This document shows, piece after piece, positions 56,182 through 64,000 of a DNA stretch of 64,000 nucleotides. The notes under the pieces are model-generated. The model was given only the letters and a program-made list of their open reading frames with translations, did not search any database and had not been told where the DNA came from. Made by a program: the position numbers and the translations under genes. The DNA lies in contig JAEESJ010000013.1 in the NCBI GenBank assembly GCA_016286235.1, positions 1,950-65,949 of the forward strand, written 5' to 3'. This DNA is from Opitutales bacterium. Its GTDB lineage: Bacteria > Verrucomicrobiota > Verrucomicrobiia > Opitutales > UBA9783. How positions within the stretch are numbered: position 1 is the first letter of the stretch; each line of letters starts with the position of its first letter.

Positions 56182-57918
56182 TTACTTATCTATCAGATCT
56201 CTTAATTTTTCGCCCTTATCGAAGTAGAATTGATATATACCTACTTTTTTGTTTAGTACTTCTATTGTTAACGATGATGTTTCATCGGCAGAATCCATAT
56301 GTTCCTTTCCTATTCCCTCACTGTGTGTTGTTCTTACAACACGCCTCTTTTCTCCATCGATAATTTTGCACTCCGAATCCGCAACGGCTTCATTGATGGG
56401 ATCGTAGTAGAATTCATACTCTTCCGGCTTCTGCTTATCTTTGCAGATAAAAATCCCGTACATTGTCCATGTTTCAGAGCCCGTATCGTATAAATTTCTC
56501 AATGCTTCTTCAAGTTTACCCTGTATATCTTCAAGTTTCTCCTTGTCAAATTCCTTATCAGACTCTTCATGCTCTTCTTCTTCCTCGCTTTCCTTCTTTT
56601 GCTCCTCTGGGTAAATGTCCTCCTTTGAAAACTCCAATTTTGAAACAACACCAGTATCTTCGATAATATTTGTTTCTGGGTTTCTAACGTAGATGTTCTT
56701 ACTTTCCTCCTGACCATCGAAACTGTCGATGGTATTCATAAAATGCATCAATTCATGCAAAAGAAAACTATATCGATCTCCTTTAAAAGCCGAAAACTCA
56801 CCAGAGGAATTTACATGACAGTTCTCGAACTTATCAACCTCTTTTCTCAAACCGATCGATAACGTTTCCGACACAAAAACGCAAAATTCATCATCATTTT
56901 CCAACTTCAAAGCACGGTACAAAAATTTATTAACGGTTTTGATATCGGAGTATTCGGAATCGTTTTTCACAAAAAAATGCCGGTACAAAATCGCGAGATA
57001 ACATGCGGGCATGACCGATCGTCTGATACAGGAAAATTTCTCTTCGTTTGCTTTCTCTGTTTCTTTTTTGTACGCTTCCTCCAACATTTTCCCAAGCTTA
57101 ATAAATTCCCGTTTACCGGAATCCGAGTTTTTGTTTTCTTGTTCCGCTTCTTTGCACAGATCGGATAGTGCTTTCAATTCATCCTTACATTCAGGACCAA
57201 AATACCTTCGGATGTTGTATGACCGCTGTTTGTGAGAATTGATAATTTCGTCCGGAAGGGGTATTTTACCTTCGAATAAATTTCTATCCTTCTGACCCTG
57301 GCACCACTTGGATAACTTTACAAGATCCTCTCGGGAGATTTCCACTTTTACCTTACTGTGTTTATGCGGGTCGGTTTTGAGATCGAATAATTCCTTCAAT
57401 TTTTCTTCCAACTCAAAAATCTGCCTTTCTTTCTCATAAAGCTCTTTCCCCCCTTCCGTCTGACTGAACTCATAACACGCTTTCAGCTCCTTTTTATGCT
57501 CTTCGCAAAATTGCTTAACCCGATCATAATCACGCATGTAATTCGCTGTGATGACTTTTAATGCCGCCATTCCGGCTTGACTCTGGCAACATTCGTCCAC
57601 GAATTTCACTATATCCTCCTGCGGGACATTCGCCTGTTTCAGAGAATCCGTACTAAGGACATACTTTATGAAATTCTCCGCCAACACTCCTTTGTCATAT
57701 TCGTTTTCCAACAGAGGCTTGTTCGGGTCTTTTACCTTTGTATGATAAAAATCAATGTCCTCCTTATGGGATATGACTTTCATTTCACCGAATACCGGAT
57801 GCTTAATCTTTTCCTTGTCAATCAGTTTGATACCATTGGGCGGATCAGCCATGATGCCGGTTGTTGATGCAACGACCAATGTCGTGCCTGTTAACAGTGA
57901 TTTTATGTTTATTTTCAT
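56182..57918 (-). CDS. secreted protein with HEXXH zinc-metalloprotease motif
   Basis: 578 aa with a signal-like N-terminus (MKINIKSLLTGTTLVVASTTG). HELMH lies at residues 388-392 (complement of 56743-56757), next to an acidic E/K-rich tract. The gene is visibly more AT-rich than its neighbours. Confidence 0.55.
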   Translation of the reverse strand: MKINIKSLLTGTTLVVASTTGIMADPPNGIKLIDKEKIKHPVFGEMKVISHKEDIDFYHTKVKDPNKPLLENEYDKGVLAENFIKYVLSTDSLKQANVPQEDIVKFVDECCQSQAGMAALKVITANYMRDYDRVKQFCEEHKKELKACYEFSQTEGGKELYEKERQIFELEEKLKELFDLKTDPHKHSKVKVEISREDLVKLSKWCQGQKDRNLFEGKIPLPDEIINSHKQRSYNIRRYFGPECKDELKALSDLCKEAEQENKNSDSGKREFIKLGKMLEEAYKKETEKANEEKFSCIRRSVMPACYLAILYRHFFVKNDSEYSDIKTVNKFLYRALKLENDDEFCVFVSETLSIGLRKEVDKFENCHVNSSGEFSAFKGDRYSFLLHELMHFMNTIDSFDGQEESKNIYVRNPETNIIEDTGVVSKLEFSKEDIYPEEQKKESEEEEEHEESDKEFDKEKLEDIQGKLEEALRNLYDTGSETWTMYGIFICKDKQKPEEYEFYYDPINEAVADSECKIIDGEKRRVVRTTHSEGIGKEHMDSADETSSLTIEVLNKKVGIYQFYFDKGEKLRDLIDK

Positions 57919-58013
57919 GATAAATCTTATCTAAGGAGATACTTTATGTTGTCAAGCAAAAAAATAAAAAAGCAGCCAAGAAAGGCGTTAGTATAAAGTT
58001 GCAAAACCCTACC

Positions 58014-58667
58014 CTACTTCCACTCCGACAATTCTTTGATTTGTTTCCGTTTCATCGCCACAAACTGCTCGTAATTCATCAGAGAATTTCGAATGAGGCG
58101 TTTGTGAATTCTGCAGGAAACAAAGGCACAAATACAGCCAATTAACGTACCGCCAATGCAACACAATACAAAACCGCCCAAGCCGATTGAAAATAACTGT
58201 TCCCAAGAGCCGCTCTTGACGGCGGTCAGCATTCCTTTCAGACTGGCTTTTTCGATCCACTCAATTTGAAACGGTAATAGATCCGCAATCCGCTTCCCGA
58301 CATAAAATTCCAGCGGGTACATCAACGGAACGGTCAAAGGGTTTGAAACAAATTGCAATGCCGCCGTCAGCAACAGGTTTGCTTTGAAAAGAACGGCGAG
58401 CACCGTCGCAAGCGGGATTTGGATGCCCATCACCGGCCACCACGTTATAATCCATCCTACATAATAAGCGGAGCACATCGGTTTGTAGGCAAAAGACCAC
58501 AGTTGCGGTATTTTATTCAGAAACAAACCGCCGAATTTTCTGAAAATAAAACTTTTTCGAAGCGTCGCGCGCGAAGGGAGGTAACGCAACCACTTCTTAA
58601 CAACCCGAAAACGCCGCGCACGAAAATCTTCCCATTCCTGCTTAAACGGCTCCATAAACGGGTTCAA
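58014..58667 (-). CDS. DUF2062-family membrane protein
   Basis: 217 aa. The pattern of a basic N-terminus plus the conserved GIQIPLATVLAVLFKANLLLTAALQFVSNPLTVP resembles DUF2062 (by recall). Confidence 0.55.
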   Translation of the reverse strand: MNPFMEPFKQEWEDFRARRFRVVKKWLRYLPSRATLRKSFIFRKFGGLFLNKIPQLWSFAYKPMCSAYYVGWIITWWPVMGIQIPLATVLAVLFKANLLLTAALQFVSNPLTVPLMYPLEFYVGKRIADLLPFQIEWIEKASLKGMLTAVKSGSWEQLFSIGLGGFVLCCIGGTLIGCICAFVSCRIHKRLIRNSLMNYEQFVAMKRKQIKELSEWK

Positions 58668-58688
58668 ACGGCTTTACAAACGAACCGA

Positions 58689-58763
58689 TGGAGGCACGGG
58701 TCGGAATCGAACCGACGCATAGAGGTTTTGCAGACCTCGGCCTTACCACTTGACTACCGTGCC
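58689..58763 (-). tRNA. tRNA-Cys (anticodon GCA)
   Basis: Hand-folded 75 nt. Acceptor GGCACGG/CCGTGCC, anticodon stem GAGGT/ACCTC with loop CTGCAAA, T-arm GTCGGTTCGATTCCGAC, and an encoded CCA. Confidence 0.9.
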
Positions 58764-58885
58764 GACACCTTCAATTTTTCAAAAAAAACCAAGCAACGCA
58801 AGCGCGTTTTCACAAAATTCCAGTTGTCCGTTACTGCCGAAAAAATCTTACGCTATAGGTCGAGCCCAAAAATCGACCGCGCGCA

Positions 58886-59479
58886 TTACGCACACTCTGA
58901 CGAACGGATTTCAAAGCCGCTCGGAACATAATTCAGAATATCGCTTATTTCCCGAAACACATGCAAACTTGCGCCTTCGAAATACAAAGAACGATGCGCG
59001 TCATCCAGCATTTCTTTAACCTCATCCGCCGAAAGTTTTCGGACAAAATTGATATGATCGTTTAAAAGTGCGGTGCGTGCTTTGATAAGCTTATCCAGAA
59101 AATCCACATACGGATGGCAATCCTCTTCAACCTCGTTCGGCAATGCAAACAACGGCTCTGCCTTGCTTTCCTCGGATGCTTTCTGGCTTTCTTCGATTTT
59201 AAGTCGTTCAACCGTACGAACCAACCGCACGCATCCGTCATTTAAACGCTTATCAACTCTAAAACGATAAAACGCCTTATTCCAATCGTCCGCCGAAATG
59301 CCGTACGGTTCAAGTTCCGTCTTAGATTGCTTTAAAAATTGCTTAATTTGCTCGGGTGACAAAAGGCTCGGCACATCAAAGTCCCAATTCCGATCCTCGC
59401 TAACCTCCTTAATCCACCAATTCCCCTCACTTCCGAGATGGGCAATACACCAGGCGAATTTCGGTAAGAGGACGACCAT
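58886..59479 (-). CDS. hypothetical protein downstream of the intact YoeB module
   Basis: 197-aa ORF starting 46 nt downstream of yoeB on the same strand. No recognisable motif. Confidence 0.5.
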   Translation of the reverse strand: MVVLLPKFAWCIAHLGSEGNWWIKEVSEDRNWDFDVPSLLSPEQIKQFLKQSKTELEPYGISADDWNKAFYRFRVDKRLNDGCVRLVRTVERLKIEESQKASEESKAEPLFALPNEVEEDCHPYVDFLDKLIKARTALLNDHINFVRKLSADEVKEMLDDAHRSLYFEGASLHVFREISDILNYVPSGFEIRSSECA

Positions 59480-59525
59480 GGAGGTAACGAAAATAATGCT
59501 CTAAGAAAACAAGCAACCCGTTCAA

Positions 59526-59774
59526 TTATTTATAGTGTCCCCAGCAGCGCGTAAAAGCGATTTGCCCATCCTGCACAACATAGACAAGACGATGCTGTTC
59601 GTTGATACGGCGCGAATATACACCTTCTTCGCCTGCCAATTTTTCATAGGGTGGCGGTGTTTGAAACGGATTATTTTGAACCAACCGCACCAACTGTCTG
59701 ATTTTCGGCAACAAAAGCGACCCGCTTGCTTTTTTGAGATCCTTTTGAAAGGAATGCTTGAAGGTTATTCTCAT
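59526..59774 (-). CDS. yoeB: YoeB/Txe-family toxin (intact copy)
   Basis: 82 aa: ...NNPFQTPPPYEKLAGEEGVYSRRINEQHRLVYVVQDGQIAFTRCWGHYK. This matches the YoeB C-terminal signature SRRI..EHRLVY....C..HY. Confidence 0.8.
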   Translation of the reverse strand: MRITFKHSFQKDLKKASGSLLLPKIRQLVRLVQNNPFQTPPPYEKLAGEEGVYSRRINEQHRLVYVVQDGQIAFTRCWGHYK

Positions 59775-60040
59775 ATCCCAAGTGCTTCAAACATCTCTTC
59801 CGCAGTATCGTACATCTTCAATTTACCTGCCTTCATCTCCTCTTTCGCCTCGCGAGCTTCCCGAAGCACATCTTCGATCGGATAAGCTAACTCGTCATCG
59901 TCATCGCCTCTTTTTTCCTCAACACACCTTTCAATGTAGCGACTGATCGACATCTGACGGCTTTCCGCCTGTTCTTTAACCCATTGATAGAGTTTCGGAC
60001 GAAGAGAAACACTCGCGCGAACGGATTGCATATACCTCAC
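59771..60040 (-). CDS. ribbon-helix-helix antitoxin (family copy A4)
   Basis: 89 aa (GTG at 60040, or ATG at 60031). VSLRPKLYQWVKEQAE...KAGKLKMYDTAEEMFEALGI. Its stop overlaps the yoeB start (ATGA). Confidence 0.75.
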   Translation of the reverse strand: MRYMQSVRASVSLRPKLYQWVKEQAESRQMSISRYIERCVEEKRGDDDDELAYPIEDVLREAREAKEEMKAGKLKMYDTAEEMFEALGI

Positions 60041-60180
60041 TTATGCGTCAAAATCGCATCAGTGTCAATCGCGGTTTGTACGTTTTTGTTTGCCGTAAAA
60101 GCTTGCTTTTAACAAATTTTGTACTTACACTCAGGCATGATTTTTTTAAGGGATAATTGTAGTAGCGAAGGAATAAAACA

Positions 60181-61287
60181 ATGAAAACCATCAAAGGAAC
60201 ATATAACAGTGCCGTGGTTTTTACGGATGATATTGAAACAAAAGCGGAAGAACAACTCATCGAGCTTCTTAGTCAGGAAATGGTTTCCGAAAGTAAGATT
60301 CGCATTATGCCGGATTGTCATGCGGGAACCGGATGCGTTATCGGGACAACCATGACGATTACCGATAAAATTTGCCCCAATCTTGTCGGAGTTGACATCG
60401 GATGCGGCATGCTGACCGCGAGAATACCGGCTTCCGGAATGGATTTCAAAAAGCTGGATGACGTCATACACCAAACCATACCGTCCGGTTTTTGCATCAG
60501 AAGCTGTCCTATTGAAGATCCGACATTTCACCAAAAAGCGGCCGACGTGTTGTATCCGTGCGAGGGCTTAACGGAAGAAGAGAAAAGAAAAGGCTTTAAA
60601 AGCGTCGGTACGCTCGGCGGCGGGAACCATTTTATTGAAATCGATAAGGATGAGGACGGCAGGTATTACATTGTCATTCATTCCGGTTCAAGGAGTCAGG
60701 GTGCTCAGTGTGCGCGTCATTATCAGGATCTCGCCGCAAAAATACACCCTGAATTACCGAAAGACCTGGCATATCTCGAAGGCGGATTGGTAACGGCATA
60801 CATAAGAGATATGCATCGTATGCAACAGTTTGCTTCTTTGAATCGTGAAGTGATGTTGTCAACCATCCTCAACGGAATGGGTTGGGTTACCATGGAGCTG
60901 TTTGAAACCATCCATAATTACATTTCCGGCGAAGAAATGATTCTTCGAAAAGGAGCCGTATCGGCAAAAGAAGGCGAAACTTTGCTGATTCCGCTCAATA
61001 TGAAAGACGGAAGTCTTATTTGCAGGGGTAAAGGGAATGCCGATTGGAATTATTCGGCACCGCACGGAGCAGGGCGTGTCATGTCGCGAGGGGAAGCGAA
61101 AAAATCCTGCAACGTTCAAGAATTTAAGAAGCAAATGAACGGAATTTTTTCAACCTGCATTTCCGAAGCAACATTGGACGAAAGCCCGATGGCTTACAAA
61201 TCCGCCGAGAGTATCATTCATAATATCGGCGATACGGTGGAAATTGTTAAGCACATCAGACCCGTTTATAACTTCAAGGCAAAATAA
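60181..61287 (+). CDS. rtcB: RNA 3'-phosphate/5'-OH ligase RtcB
   Basis: 368 aa. MPDCHAGTGCVIG, GGGNHFIEI, HSGSRSQG and the C-terminal APHGAGR are the hallmark RtcB metal/GMP-histidine motifs. No rtcA or rtcR is adjacent. Confidence 0.88.
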   Translation: MKTIKGTYNSAVVFTDDIETKAEEQLIELLSQEMVSESKIRIMPDCHAGTGCVIGTTMTITDKICPNLVGVDIGCGMLTARIPASGMDFKKLDDVIHQTIPSGFCIRSCPIEDPTFHQKAADVLYPCEGLTEEEKRKGFKSVGTLGGGNHFIEIDKDEDGRYYIVIHSGSRSQGAQCARHYQDLAAKIHPELPKDLAYLEGGLVTAYIRDMHRMQQFASLNREVMLSTILNGMGWVTMELFETIHNYISGEEMILRKGAVSAKEGETLLIPLNMKDGSLICRGKGNADWNYSAPHGAGRVMSRGEAKKSCNVQEFKKQMNGIFSTCISEATLDESPMAYKSAESIIHNIGDTVEIVKHIRPVYNFKAK

Positions 61288-61414
61288 AAGGGTATGCAAA
61301 GTCGACGGAAGTACATAAAGCGGTTGATGATACCTGCGGATGTTTCCGGCGAAAGTCGTCCGGATTTCGAAGTAAATCGTCCGCAGGGATGTAATCCCGC
61401 CAAAGTCCCCTGCC

Positions 61415-63618
<2,204 letters not shown>

Positions 63619-63886
63619 AAATTTATGATAAGAGATTTTTGAGGGATATGCAAACTGCGAAGGGGGAAATTTGCTTTTCGATATAACGAACGGCGAATTT
63701 TGGGAAAATTATTACACATGGAACAATAGCGAAAAATACATTGTACCTGACTGCCCGTTTTCATGGAAACTTCACACTTTTCTCAAAACACTTCACGAAT
63801 GTAGCCAATCAAGCACACCGTTCGTATTTCGATTTTAATCTTTACTTTCAACAAAATACACACTGAACTGAGCTTGTTGATTTCAT

Positions 63887-63988
63887 ATGGGAAACCTTAA
63901 AAAGAAGCGTATTTTGAAGATGAATAAGCATAAGCGGCGGAAAAAATCCAAAGCGACGCGGCATCGGAAACGCACCTGGTCTTTGTAG
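63887..63988 (+). CDS. possible bS22-like / AURKAIP1-COX24-type small basic protein
   Basis: Hand-read 33-aa ORF: [33 protein letters not shown]. It resembles the MGS..KKRR.RM.KKKHRK small ribosomal protein pattern (by recall). It is below the ORF-track cutoff. Confidence 0.4.
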   Translation: MGNLKKKRILKMNKHKRRKKSKATRHRKRTWSL

Positions 63989-64000
63989 AGGGTTCGTCCC

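Overview
This is a 64-kb chromosomal window from a bacterium with Gram-negative-type envelope genes (kdsC, waaA, a capD/pglF-like sugar dehydratase, an N-acetyl-sugar amidotransferase). The lineage cannot be assigned from this window alone.

Core content:
- Translation genes: rplT-rpmI, rpsU, rpsA, valS, and a possible bS22-like micro-ORF.
- A truncated division/cell-wall cluster, mraZ-rsmH-ftsL-ftsI-murE-murF. It ends at clpP with no mraY, murD, ftsW, murG, murC, ftsQ or ftsZ. ftsA sits separately with alr and a RodZ-like gene.
- Other housekeeping genes: fabG-acpP-fabF, a second stand-alone KAS+ACP pair, feoB, clpP, obg, tsaB-like and tsaD, rsmA, eno, a tandem Usp protein, rtcB.
- Three tRNAs: Gly-CCC, Asp-GUC, Cys-GCA.

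Accessory content is concentrated at about 47-61 kb.
1. A roughly 7.7-kb decayed prophage or mobile-element remnant lies between the capD-like gene and waaA. It holds only the C-terminal nuclease half of a terminase, a frameshifted ERF recombinase, a truncated and frameshifted DUF2800-type nuclease, and six unknown co-directional genes including a glycine-zipper protein.
2. A family of four paralogous ribbon-helix-helix antitoxin genes is each joined to its downstream gene by an ATGA start/stop overlap.
   - Three partners are YoeB/Txe toxins. One is intact and two carry independent frameshifts that I could read directly.
   - The fourth partner is an unrelated protein with an HLNPDG...THIHIYREG motif. 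I flag it as a candidate new toxin or effector.
3. One antitoxin/YoeB pair heads a tightly coupled four-gene operon that continues into an ImmA/IrrE metalloprotease and a 2-TM protein.
4. The intact YoeB module sits divergently from a stand-alone RtcB RNA ligase, next to tRNA-Cys.
5. A small-protein family with a conserved C-terminal FLARE[IA]AFG motif occurs twice.
6. An AT-rich secreted HEXXH protein lies between waaA and tRNA-Cys.

No CRISPR array, rRNA gene, transposase or integrase was recognised. All functional calls rest on motif-level reading of the supplied translations. No database search was possible.
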